DNA from: Azolla caroliniana
Taxonomy: Eukaryota > Plantae > Polypodiophyta
NCBI GenBank assembly: GCA_043228905.1
Contig: JBHGNT010000544.1
Location: forward strand, 1 to 21,086
Length of the DNA: 21,086 bases
Reading direction: 5' to 3'
Shown: in pieces, positions 12,173-20,819 of the stretch
How the letters are laid out: the number at the start of each line of letters is the position of its first letter
Position numbering within the stretch: position 1 is the first letter of the stretch
Made by a program: the position numbers and the translations under genes
Notes under the pieces: generated by a model
What the model saw: the letters and a program-made list of their open reading frames with translations, nothing else
Database searches by the model: none
What the model was told of the DNA's origin: nothing

Positions 12173-12216
12173 AAGCACGAAAGCGCGATCTCCGCCTCCA
12201 CACAACACGATCAACC

Positions 12217-12251
12217 ATGTCTTCCAAGAGAGTCGAGCGCGAGGAGTCCAG
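12217..12251 (+). CDS. Predicted coding exon 1 of the ParB-like-domain gene (MSSKRVEREES-R)
   Basis: ACCATGT start downstream of the TATA box. The donor AG|GTAGGC at 12252 is phase 2 and joins in frame to the acceptor at 13158-13159 (AG+G = Arg). Confidence 0.6.
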
Positions 12252-12301
12252 GTAGGCCTCTGACACTGTGGACATTTTTGTAAATATGTTTCGTTTCCCA
12301 A

Positions 12302-12649
12302 GAACTCGATACGGCGTATCGAGTTCATGTATACAATACAAATATTTATACACGAACTCGATACGGCGTATCGAGTTCGTGTGTAAATATTTGTATTGTA
12401 TACATGAACTCGATACGCCGTATCGAGTTCGTGTTAAAAGTATAGGTTTTAAACACGAACTCGATACGGCGTATCGAGTTCGTGTTCATAGTGTAGGTTG
12501 TAAACACGAACTCGATACGTCGTATCGAGTTCGTGTTTAAAGTATAGGTTTTAAACACGAACTCGATACGGCGTATCGAGTTCGTGTTTAAAACCTACAC
12601 TTTATACACGAACTCGATACGCCGTATCGAGTTCGTGTTTAAAGTGTAG
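12302..12649. repeat. Array of 7 perfect 25-bp palindromes (GAACTCGATACG-N-CGTATCGAGTTC) with 26-27-bp spacers
   Basis: Cores at 12302-12326, 12354-12378, 12406-12430, 12457-12481, 12508-12532, 12559-12583 and 12610-12634. Only the central base varies (G,G,C,G,T,G,C). Several extend to ACAC...GTGT (33 bp). A partial spacer follows the last copy. Confidence 0.95.
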
Positions 12650-12754
12650 CCTTTGAGAGAGAAAAATCGTTTACGGGGTGGAAATGATATCAAATTGTCT
12701 GGCAAAATCAGTCTTTTTTATGTTGACTTTACTTACGTTTAAACAAATACATGC

Positions 12755-12958
12755 TCTAATTATAGGTGTTTTATGACCTACTTTAGCTTAAAATAGTAGA
12801 AAATGATCTACAAATTGCCTTCACTATGGCAAATTCTCCTCAATATAGGTTTAGAATCTAATTATAGGTGTTTTATGACCTACTTTAGCTTAAAATAGTA
12901 GAAAATGATCTACAAATTGCCTTCACTATGGCAAATTCTCCTCAATATAGGTTTAGAA
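12755..12958. repeat. Perfect 102-bp direct tandem duplication in intron 1
   Basis: 12755-12856 and 12857-12958 are identical by eye (TCTAATTATAGGTG...GGTTTAGAA), followed by TCTA microhomology. Confidence 0.92.
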
Positions 12959-13159
12959 TCTATATAAGTCACACCTACTATTTAAAAGAATATATAACCC
13001 GTTTTACTTATTACGATATATATTTTCTAGGTTGAATAGCCCTGCCTATAATAGATTTTTGAATATAGGACTGCTCCTGGAAACTGTTCTTCATTATAAT
13101 AACAACTTCAATCTACGTGACTGTCTAACTTATGTTTTTGCATATACTTTCTTAAATAG

Positions 13160-14797
13160 GTCATTTGAGAACCTATCAGACCGACCCGTAAAGAAAATTA
13201 AGCTTCGCATACAAGGTTCTCCAATCGAAGCCCAGACCAAGGTAACTCCGGAGACCATGAAGAGAGGAAAAAAGCTTCTCTTTAACGAAGAGACAAAATC
13301 TCAGCCACATAATGATGTAAGCCAAAAGAAACTTGTCGCCGCTACTGGAGGCGAAGACCTTCCTGACCGAGATCTAACGGACAAGGAATGGTGTATGCAA
13401 TATGTCGACTCAAAGAAAAAAGTCGTATTGTATACAACAAAGAAGAAGGGTGAGGGGCAGCTAGGAAAAGAAACTCCATTTATGTATGGCCGAATTCTAC
13501 GATTTGACTACGAAGATGCAGATTCGGCCAACATACTGGTAATGATAGAGTGCTCCAAGGGGGTACGCAAAGTGTTCCTTTCAGAAGACCTTTTAGTAAA
13601 GGAATCTTGTGGGCCTGAAGTGTTCAAAAAAGCACTTGATAACTCACAAAACCTGATTGTTACCTTGAGGCCTTATATACAAGGCCATGTAACTCTAAGA
13701 GATGAAGAGCCCTCCCACGTGAAGGCCACTAAAAAGGTATCCAAAGTCCAGTCAAGACCAGCCAAGAAGAAGACAACGAAAATGTCGGATACGGATTCGA
13801 CAAGTGAAAATGAAGAAGAGGATAATAAGGGGACGCCAGGAGCCGAGCTGGCCTCGGGTGTCCTGTCATCCGAGCAGAATAAAATAAGGAGAGAGTTAAT
13901 GCAACGGAAGCTGGTCAGGAAAGGGCAAGTATTTAATTTGCCTATAACACACATCCATCGGCCCCCTATTGATGAAAAAACAGGTCGAAGACCACTTGAG
14001 ATTAGAGAGCCTCATCGCATGCATGTTCAAAATCTCAAGAAAAAAATGAAAATTAATCCTCATGCCACAGTGGTGCCTTTTATTGTTATGGTGGATCCTG
14101 AAGAATGCGAAACCATTGAAGATTTTGATATCAGAAAGCATGATCAATATAATTATTTTGTCATTGGTGGATCGCATTCAGCAGAGGCACGTCGGCAACT
14201 TGTGAGAGAACATCCAACCACTTTCTTCTTCAAGTATGCCGAGTGCAAAATTTATGTTGGGCTCACAACCGAAGAGGCTAAGCTGTTGGCATGGGACCAT
14301 AATAATGATAATGACTATAGGCAGAAAATGTCATCTATTGAGCGTATACGGTTCTTCCACCACGAGTATTTAGATGTGAAACAAAAGTTTGGTGTGAAGT
14401 TACATCCAGGCCTTCGACGTCAATGTCTTCATGAAGTCGGCATTGTGGTAGATGATAATGTTAGGTCCGATGGTCTTCGAAAGTATGAATCTTGGTTTCA
14501 ATTAGCGTTTAGAGATGGAGAAGTATGGGACCTCCAAGATCAAATCTTCTCAATGTGGGAGAATAAGGAGGTAAAGGGTCAACGACAAAAGAAATGTAGG
14601 GTTGACCCTCAACTAGAATTAAAGTCACAAGCCGCCAAGAAAATTGATTTGACAATTGAAGAAGCGGCAGACGACATGAAGCTGTCTCTATGGAGAGCGA
14701 TGCAAGGTATTAAGGACGAGCAGCTTCTTGTGTCGGTTTTGTCAAGGGTTGTGGCGAAAGATTTAAGCCTTGAAGAAATGGTCACCGAGTTCAATAA
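13160..14797 (+). CDS. Main coding exon (exon 2) of a ParB/Srx-like-domain protein, within ORF 13032-14801
   Basis: Branch-like CTAAC at ~13125, acceptor TTCTTAAATAG|G at 13159/13160, and consensus donor AA|GTAAGT at 14798 overlapping the apparent stop. Residues at ~13930-14320 (LPITHI...IREP...VQNLKKKM...PFIVMV...YFVIGGSHSAEARRQL...IYVGLTTEEAKLLAWDHN) follow the ParB-N/sulfiredoxin pattern. Confidence 0.8.
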
Positions 14798-14873
14798 GTA
14801 AGTCTTTCAAATACTGAAATTGTAGTCTATCTGGTGTAATTCAAAGTTCTAATCTTGATTTCTAATTTTACAG

Positions 14874-15012
14874 TCATAAGGTGTACATGAAGATCCAAGA
14901 AGTAATGATGAAACAACTTGGATGTATAACTTGGGAACAAGTGACCGAGGATTATCCTCTAACGTCTTCGTATAAGGCGTTATCAGAGTATTTTATTGCA
15001 TTCAAGGATTGG
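14874..15012 (+). CDS. Coding exon 3 of the ParB-like-domain gene (HKVYMKIQEVMMKQLGCITWEQVTEDYPLTSSYKALSEYFIAFKDW)
   Basis: 76-bp intron 14798-14873 (GTAAGT...CTAATTTTACAG). The phase-2 join keeps the frame open with no stops. Donor TGG|GTTAGT at 15013 is phase 0. Confidence 0.75.
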
Positions 15013-15079
15013 GTTAGTATTGATGTTTTTTCATTACCCTTTCATCATATGTAGAGCTTGTATAATAATACCTGATGTC

Positions 15080-15532
15080 TGTCATAACTAGACTCGAACC
15101 CATAACCTTTTGTTACACGGGTCGAGACTTTACCATTAGGTTATGAGTTGTAATTTGAAGGATATTATTTTCATTTAGGTTTTATTAGGAAATTGATGTA
15201 TATTCCAGATTTCTCTGGAACATTCTAGAAACTTCAGGAGTATTCCTGAAGACACTATAAAAGGAGGCGCAAGGCATTAGTTCGAACCAAATCGGTTCAA
15301 CGCCAGTCTTAAGCCTTCTAACTACTGTTGTATACCTTCCGTCATATAATACATATATCTTTCGCATCATCATTCTCTCTCTCTCTCTCTCTCTCACTCA
15401 CTCATTCCTTCTCTCAAAGTTCGACACCTCTCATAGTACTAATCCTTCTCTGTCTTAGTACTATTCCCCAACAACAGTACTAATCCTTCTTTTAGTACTA
15501 ATTCCTTCTCTGCCTTAATAGAGTTCCTGACA
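15080..15532 (+). repeat. 5' LTR (453 bp)
   Basis: TGTCATAAC...TTCCTGACA, with TATAAAA at 15256-15262 and a (TC)11 tract at 15374-15395. Matches 20367-20819 except G15423/A20710. Confidence 0.97.
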
Positions 15533-15534
15533 GT

Positions 15535-15549
15535 TTGAACCGATTTGGT
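15535..15549 (+). promoter_or_regulatory. Primer-binding site complementary to the LTR R region (self-priming type)
   Basis: TTGAACCGATTTGGT, 2 nt after the LTR, is the exact reverse complement of ACCAAATCGGTTCAA (15286-15300), which lies ~30 nt after the LTR TATA box. There is no TGG tRNA-type PBS at the LTR boundary. Confidence 0.85.
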
Positions 15550-15620
15550 CTACTAGTCTCCCTCTTCCTTCTGTCTCTCTCCTTTCCTACTAGTCTCTTA
15601 TTTCCCTTTTCCTTCATCCC

Positions 15621-16790
15621 ATGGCCACCGTTAGCGCTGAAGAGTATCAATCCGTTTTCTCAGAATTTCAATGCTTGAAAGAGAAGTTTCATGCTTTGGA
15701 ACAAGAAAATCAACGCTTGTTGGGGGATCTTCAGCAAATTTCCTTAGAAAAGCAGCAAACGCAACAACAGCATGGGGAACTTGCGTTACGCGTGCAACAA
15801 CTCGAAGCAACCATCGTAGCAATGCAACAACAAGGGCACGGAGCACAAGGGATTCATAAAGAACCCAAGATTGGCCTTCCCACGAAGTTCGATGGAACGC
15901 GATCACAGTTTAGAGGGTTTCTTAACCAGGTACGGTTAGTTATTCAAATGCATCCGTCCCGATATCCCACCGATGCATCACGAGTGGGTTTAGTAGGCAC
16001 GTTGTTAAATGGCTCAGCATTAGCATGGTTCGCTCCGCTACTAGAAAAGGAATCTCCAGTACTAAATAATTTTGAAGAATTCATAAGTGAGTTTAAAGCA
16101 TGTTTTGGAGATACTGACAGCATAAGGACTGCAATCAACAAAATCCGGCGATTACGCCAAGGTGACCGTCCAGCCTCCGCATATGCTGCAGATTTCCGCC
16201 TACTCGCCGCCGATATCCCCTGGGATGATCAAGCATTGATGGAGCAGTTCCGCTATGGTCTACGCAACGATGTCAAGGATTTACTCTTGACTTTCCCTGA
16301 AGAGCCAAAATCATTAACAGAAGCAATCAGTCGAGCGGTCAGATGTGACAACCGCCTCTTCGAGCGACGTTCGGAACGACAATTTCAGATGCCGAGGGCA
16401 AGATCCGAGCCTACCTATGCCTCAGTGGTAGCGAAACCTTTTCAAAGGGAGTCACATAATGCGTCTCCAGTAAGTACTCCAACTCCAATGGAAATTGACA
16501 CTACACGTCGTCGTGGGCCGCTATCGGAGGAGGAAAAGCAACGACGCCGAACAAACCGATTATGCCTTTATTGCGGTGGACCAGGGCATATCGCGATAAA
16601 CTGTCCCCATAGACCAAGAAGGCAGGTAAACCAAGTCATTGTTAGTTCTGACTATACTAAACCCGAGTCTATTTCAGTAGGAATCTCTGATAATCCTCAT
16701 AGTCATAATAGTCCTAATAGTACTAATAGTCCGAATCTCGCAAACAAATTTGATGTCCTTAGCCAATTAGAAGAAGAGTTAAACGACTAA
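15621..16790 (+). CDS. gag: Gag polyprotein, 389 aa
   Basis: N-terminal coiled coil, capsid motifs (PTKFDG, LRQG...YAADF, FRYGL), PMEID motif and CCHC knuckle CLYCGGPGHIAINC. Confidence 0.95.
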   Translation: MATVSAEEYQSVFSEFQCLKEKFHALEQENQRLLGDLQQISLEKQQTQQQHGELALRVQQLEATIVAMQQQGHGAQGIHKEPKIGLPTKFDGTRSQFRGFLNQVRLVIQMHPSRYPTDASRVGLVGTLLNGSALAWFAPLLEKESPVLNNFEEFISEFKACFGDTDSIRTAINKIRRLRQGDRPASAYAADFRLLAADIPWDDQALMEQFRYGLRNDVKDLLLTFPEEPKSLTEAISRAVRCDNRLFERRSERQFQMPRARSEPTYASVVAKPFQRESHNASPVSTPTPMEIDTTRRRGPLSEEEKQRRRTNRLCLYCGGPGHIAINCPHRPRRQVNQVIVSSDYTKPESISVGISDNPHSHNSPNSTNSPNLANKFDVLSQLEEELND

Positions 16791-16829
16791 GTCCAGCCAA
16801 AATAGGAGCCGTTTGGTTGGACAGCCCTA
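16778..16829 (+). promoter_or_regulatory. -1 programmed ribosomal frameshift signal (slippery G TTA AAC + stem-loop/pseudoknot)
   Basis: Pol is in the -1 frame relative to gag and is open from 16763. Heptamer at 16778-16784, 6-nt spacer, then an 11-bp stem GTCCAGCCAAA (16791-16801)/TTTGGTTGGAC (16812-16822) with one G-U pair. Confidence 0.8.
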
Positions 16830-19800
16830 GATCTGTGCAGCCCATTAGTGGTTCCATTCCCTCTAAGCAAGTTAGTGATGTGTTCGTAGTCCAAGTAGCA
16901 GTTAGTACTAAAAGTACCCCTCCAGTACATACCTTAGCCCTTCTAGATTCCGGAGCTAATTCTTGCTTCATGGATAGGAATTTTGCCCGAGCTCATCAGA
17001 TATCTCTCAGAAAGCTCCCATGTCCAGCCTCAGTAGTAGTCATTGATGGTCGTCCCATTGCTTCTGGTAATATCATAGAAGAGTCGGAACCCGTTAATAT
17101 TGTCCTAGATAACTTAACATGTGTAGTATCATTTAATATTATTAGTATTCCAGAACATCCCATAGTTTTAGGATTACCATGGTTCGAGTTACATGACCCA
17201 GACATAGATTGGAGGACAAGGGAAATCCGGTTGCGACAAACCCAAGGATCTACCCAGAAGGTTGCAACCATTTCGCTACGTCAGTTGCGTGAGGAAGGGC
17301 GCAAGGAGGAAATGTTTCTCTTTGCAATATCAGTACAACCCTCCAGCACCACCAAAGAGGAGTCCACCGTTCAACTTCCCGAGAAGTATCGTCAGTATGC
17401 TGATGTGTTCGATAAAGTACAAGCCAACACACTTCCTCATCATCGGCCGTACGACTGCGCCATCGACTTACAACCGGGAAAAGAGCCGCCATGGGGGCCG
17501 ATCTACAATTTGTCACCAACCGAGCTAGAAGTCCTTCGAGCCTATATAGAGGAGAATTTGGAGAACGGTTTCATTCGGCATTCGAAATCTCCAGCCGGCG
17601 CACCCATTTTCTTCGTCAAGAAAAAAGATGGCTCGCTTCGACTCGTTGTAGATTACCGTGGCTTGAATAAGGTCACAGTAAGAAATAGGTATGCTCTTCC
17701 CCTTATCTCAAGTCTTTTAGAACGGATCAACGGTGCCAGGTTCTTCACGAAGATCGACTTACGAGGAGCCTATAACCTCGTACGGATCCGACCAGGAGAT
17801 GAATGGAAGACCGCGTTTCGCACCAGATATGGGCACTTCGAGTATACGGTCATGCCGTTCGGACTCACTAATGCGCCGGCAGTCTTCCAGCACATGGCGA
17901 ATGATATATTTCGAGATCTCTTGGATGATTTTTTGATCATCTATTTGGATGATCTACTGGTTTATTCAAAGACCCAAGAAGAACATGATTCTCATGTACT
18001 ATTAGTACTAAAACGACTTCGAGAACATGGTCTGTATGCAAAGTTAGAGAAATGTAGTTTCGGGTGCAACCAAGTGGAGTTTCTCGGCTATGTCATCTCC
18101 TCAGAAGGCATATCTATGGACCCAGCCAAGGTCAAAACGGTGATAGAATGGCACACTCCGCGTTCGGTGCGGGATGTGCAATGCTTCCTAGGCTTTGCAA
18201 ATTTCTACCGGAAGTTCATACAAAATTACTCAAAAATTGTGCTGCCTCTCACACAGCTCACCAGGAAGGGACAATCATTCATTTGGTCTAAAGAGACGGA
18301 CATGGCTTTCGAGAGTCTTAAGAAGGCGTTTACATCAGCTCCAATTTTAGGTCATGTGGATCCGGAAAAACCATTCATTATCGAAGCTGATGCATCGGAT
18401 TTCGCATTGGGGAGCATTCTGTCACAACAGGGTAACGACGAGAAGCTACATCCTGTGGCTTTCCACTCCCGTAAGTTTGACGCCGCCGAAATCAACTACG
18501 AAATTCATGATAAAGAGCTATTAGCAATAGTTGATTCTTTTATGCAATGGAGGCATTTCCTGGAGGGATCTCCTCATCAGGTCACTGTATTCAGTGACCA
18601 CAAGAACCTTGCCTACTTTCAAGATGCTCGTGTACTGAATCGACGTCAAGCTCGGTGGGCCCACTTCCTCACACGCTTCGACTTCAAAATTACATATCGT
18701 CCGGGGAAGCACCAAGGGAAGGCAGATGCATTATCACGGCGTTCGTATCTAACACCACGTCCCGGTGAGCCAGCTTTCGATAACCAGAAGCAAGTAATCT
18801 TGGGTCCAGCACGACTGCAAGCAGCACAGATCTTTGACGTGCCCGTGGATTCCGACATTACCAATACTATACGTGAGGACTTGAAGACTGACGCTTTCGC
18901 CCAAGCTATACTAGCACAAATTGACCCCTCTCGAGCGTCATGTTCACAATCACAATCACCAGGTACGGATTATCGGCAATTCAAATACTGTGATGGATTA
19001 CTCTTCTTTAAAGAACTTTTGTATGTTCCTAATGGTTCTTGCCGCCTTCGAGTAGTACAAAACTGCCATGACACATATACAGCAGGACATTTTGGTAGTA
19101 CTAAAACATTAGATTTAGTACAACGATCATTCTGGTGGCCCCGTATGCGACAATTTGTCGAAGATTTTGTTCGGACTTGCGATACATGCTGCAGAGCGAA
19201 AATGCCAAGACATCAGCCATATGGTTTATTAGAACCATTACCAATTCCAAGCAAGCCATGGCAATCCATTGCTCTTGACTTCATTACAGATCTTCCAGTC
19301 TCTAAGGGATTCAGTGCGATTCTCACAGTGGTGGATCGATATACGAAGATGGCTCATTTCTTACCATGTACTAAAGAAATATCTAGTGAAGACACCGTCG
19401 AAATTGTCATGCGGGAAGTATGTCGGCATCATGGACTCCCTGATAATATCATCAGCGATCGTGGACCCCAGTTTGTGTCCAAATTCTGGAAGCACCTTTT
19501 TAAAATGCTGAAGGTCACTTGTAACCTCTCCTCCGGCTACCACCCACAAACCGACGGTCAAGCCGAACGAACAAATCAAACACTGGAGCAGTATCTGCGG
19601 TGCTTTCTCAACTATCATCAGAATGACTGGGCAGATATTCTTCAGTTCGCCGAATTTGCCTATAATAACGCTATCCACGCATCGACTAAAGTCACGCCAT
19701 TCTACGCTTATACCGGATATCATCCCCGGTGGTGTGTCCTTGAAACCCCAGAAGTGTCCACAAATCCTTGCGCGGAGGATCGTTTGGAGCGGTTACGCAA

Positions 19801-20374
19801 GATACAAGCGGATTTATCTACTCAACTCCAGCAAGCTCAACAATCACACAAGGACTACGCAAATCGTCATCGACTTCCATTCAGTTTTAACATTGGAGAT
19901 CGGGTGTGGCTGCTACGACGACACATCAAGACTACTCGCCCATGTGAGAAGTTGGATTATCGACGATTAGGTCCTTTCCGTATTATCGGGAAGATTAATG
20001 ATGTCGCTTTTCGTCTCGAGCTACCTCCGCAACTTCGGATACACCCGGTGTTTCATAGTTCTCTCCTCGAACCCTATCACGAGAGCACTATCCCAGGACG
20101 TACTATACAACCTCCACCTCCTATCGAGCTCGAAGATGGACCTGAGTATGAGGTCGCTGCCATCCTCGATTCCAAGATTGTTCGCAACAAGCTCTACTAT
20201 CTAGTCGATTGGCTAGGATATAGTCCCAGCGAGCGTACTTGGGAACCGATCGAGAATGTGACCAATGCTCGTGCTCTTCTAGAAGACTTCCATCGACGAT
20301 ATCCCGAGAAACCGGGTCCTCAATCCAAAACGACTCGTGAAACTCGTCGTTTTAAAGGGGGGATAGTGTCATAA
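16817..20374 (+). CDS. pol: Pol polyprotein: protease, reverse transcriptase, RNase H, integrase, chromodomain (expressed via gag-pol frameshift; frame open from 16763)
   Basis: PR LLDSGA; RT KIDLRGAY, MPFGL, YLDD; RH DASD...ELLAI...SDHKNL...ADALSR; IN H-H...CDTC, LDF, SDRG, ERTN, GPF; chromodomain EYEVAAILDS...YLVDWLGY...TWEP (~20144-20298). The stop lies inside the 3' LTR. Confidence 0.96.
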   Translation: MDSPRSVQPISGSIPSKQVSDVFVVQVAVSTKSTPPVHTLALLDSGANSCFMDRNFARAHQISLRKLPCPASVVVIDGRPIASGNIIEESEPVNIVLDNLTCVVSFNIISIPEHPIVLGLPWFELHDPDIDWRTREIRLRQTQGSTQKVATISLRQLREEGRKEEMFLFAISVQPSSTTKEESTVQLPEKYRQYADVFDKVQANTLPHHRPYDCAIDLQPGKEPPWGPIYNLSPTELEVLRAYIEENLENGFIRHSKSPAGAPIFFVKKKDGSLRLVVDYRGLNKVTVRNRYALPLISSLLERINGARFFTKIDLRGAYNLVRIRPGDEWKTAFRTRYGHFEYTVMPFGLTNAPAVFQHMANDIFRDLLDDFLIIYLDDLLVYSKTQEEHDSHVLLVLKRLREHGLYAKLEKCSFGCNQVEFLGYVISSEGISMDPAKVKTVIEWHTPRSVRDVQCFLGFANFYRKFIQNYSKIVLPLTQLTRKGQSFIWSKETDMAFESLKKAFTSAPILGHVDPEKPFIIEADASDFALGSILSQQGNDEKLHPVAFHSRKFDAAEINYEIHDKELLAIVDSFMQWRHFLEGSPHQVTVFSDHKNLAYFQDARVLNRRQARWAHFLTRFDFKITYRPGKHQGKADALSRRSYLTPRPGEPAFDNQKQVILGPARLQAAQIFDVPVDSDITNTIREDLKTDAFAQAILAQIDPSRASCSQSQSPGTDYRQFKYCDGLLFFKELLYVPNGSCRLRVVQNCHDTYTAGHFGSTKTLDLVQRSFWWPRMRQFVEDFVRTCDTCCRAKMPRHQPYGLLEPLPIPSKPWQSIALDFITDLPVSKGFSAILTVVDRYTKMAHFLPCTKEISSEDTVEIVMREVCRHHGLPDNIISDRGPQFVSKFWKHLFKMLKVTCNLSSGYHPQTDGQAERTNQTLEQYLRCFLNYHQNDWADILQFAEFAYNNAIHASTKVTPFYAYTGYHPRWCVLETPEVSTNPCAEDRLERLRKIQADLSTQLQQAQQSHKDYANRHRLPFSFNIGDRVWLLRRHIKTTRPCEKLDYRRLGPFRIIGKINDVAFRLELPPQLRIHPVFHSSLLEPYHESTIPGRTIQPPPPIELEDGPEYEVAAILDSKIVRNKLYYLVDWLGYSPSERTWEPIENVTNARALLEDFHRRYPEKPGPQSKTTRETRRFKGGIVS
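20354..20366 (+). other. Polypurine tract
   Basis: AAAGGGGGGATAG immediately 5' of the 3' LTR start TGTCA at 20367. Confidence 0.9.
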
Positions 20375-20819
20375 CTAGACTCGAACCCATAACCTTTTGT
20401 TACACGGGTCGAGACTTTACCATTAGGTTATGAGTTGTAATTTGAAGGATATTATTTTCATTTAGGTTTTATTAGGAAATTGATGTATATTCCAGATTTC
20501 TCTGGAACATTCTAGAAACTTCAGGAGTATTCCTGAAGACACTATAAAAGGAGGCGCAAGGCATTAGTTCGAACCAAATCGGTTCAACGCCAGTCTTAAG
20601 CCTTCTAACTACTGTTGTATACCTTCCGTCATATAATACATATATCTTTCGCATCATCATTCTCTCTCTCTCTCTCTCTCTCACTCACTCATTCCTTCTC
20701 TCAAAGTTCAACACCTCTCATAGTACTAATCCTTCTCTGTCTTAGTACTATTCCCCAACAACAGTACTAATCCTTCTTTTAGTACTAATTCCTTCTCTGC
20801 CTTAATAGAGTTCCTGACA
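20367..20819 (+). repeat. 3' LTR (453 bp)
   Basis: Direct repeat of 15080-15532 at offset 5287, followed by the TSD ATGTC. Confidence 0.97.

Larger units (their letters stand above)
15080..20819 (+). mobile_element. Full-length Ty3/gypsy chromovirus LTR retrotransposon (Tcn1/Tf1-sushi-like), 5740 bp
   Basis: Two 453-bp LTRs (TGTCA...TGACA), 5-bp TSD ATGTC (15075-15079 and 20820-20824), intact gag and pol in PR-RT-RH-IN-chromodomain order, and a PPT. Confidence 0.97.

Noticed and set aside
12023-12558. Short ORFs over the 9-bp repeat and palindrome array
   Set aside because: The repetitive peptides (QST, HELDTPYRVRV) are by-products of DNA repeats and appear on both strands.
12302-12634. CRISPR array
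   Set aside because: Spacers are copies or inversions of each other rather than unique, the repeats are fully palindromic, no cas genes are present, and the context is a eukaryotic intron.
12302-12634. Canonical bacterial parS sites
   Set aside because: The sequence does not match the 16-bp TGTTNCACGTGAAACA consensus. The parS link is an analogy only.
13032-13159. TTG start and first 43 aa of the 589-aa ORF as the true N-terminus
   Set aside because: The start is non-ATG and the sequence is AT-rich and intron-like, with a branch site and acceptor. An upstream ATG exon joins in phase.
14799-14801. True stop codon of the ParB-like gene
   Set aside because: The TAA is part of a consensus GTAAGT donor, and the frame continues in exons 3 and 4.
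15533-15552. tRNA-Met primer-binding site
   Set aside because: There is no TGGTATCAGAGC-type sequence; the site is complementary to the LTR instead.
15185-20684. Small antisense or alternate-frame ORFs within the LTRs, gag and pol (and likewise within the transposase and exon 2)
   Set aside because: They are shadow ORFs without recognisable motifs. The two 70-aa ORFs simply reflect the duplicated LTR and its (TC)n tract.
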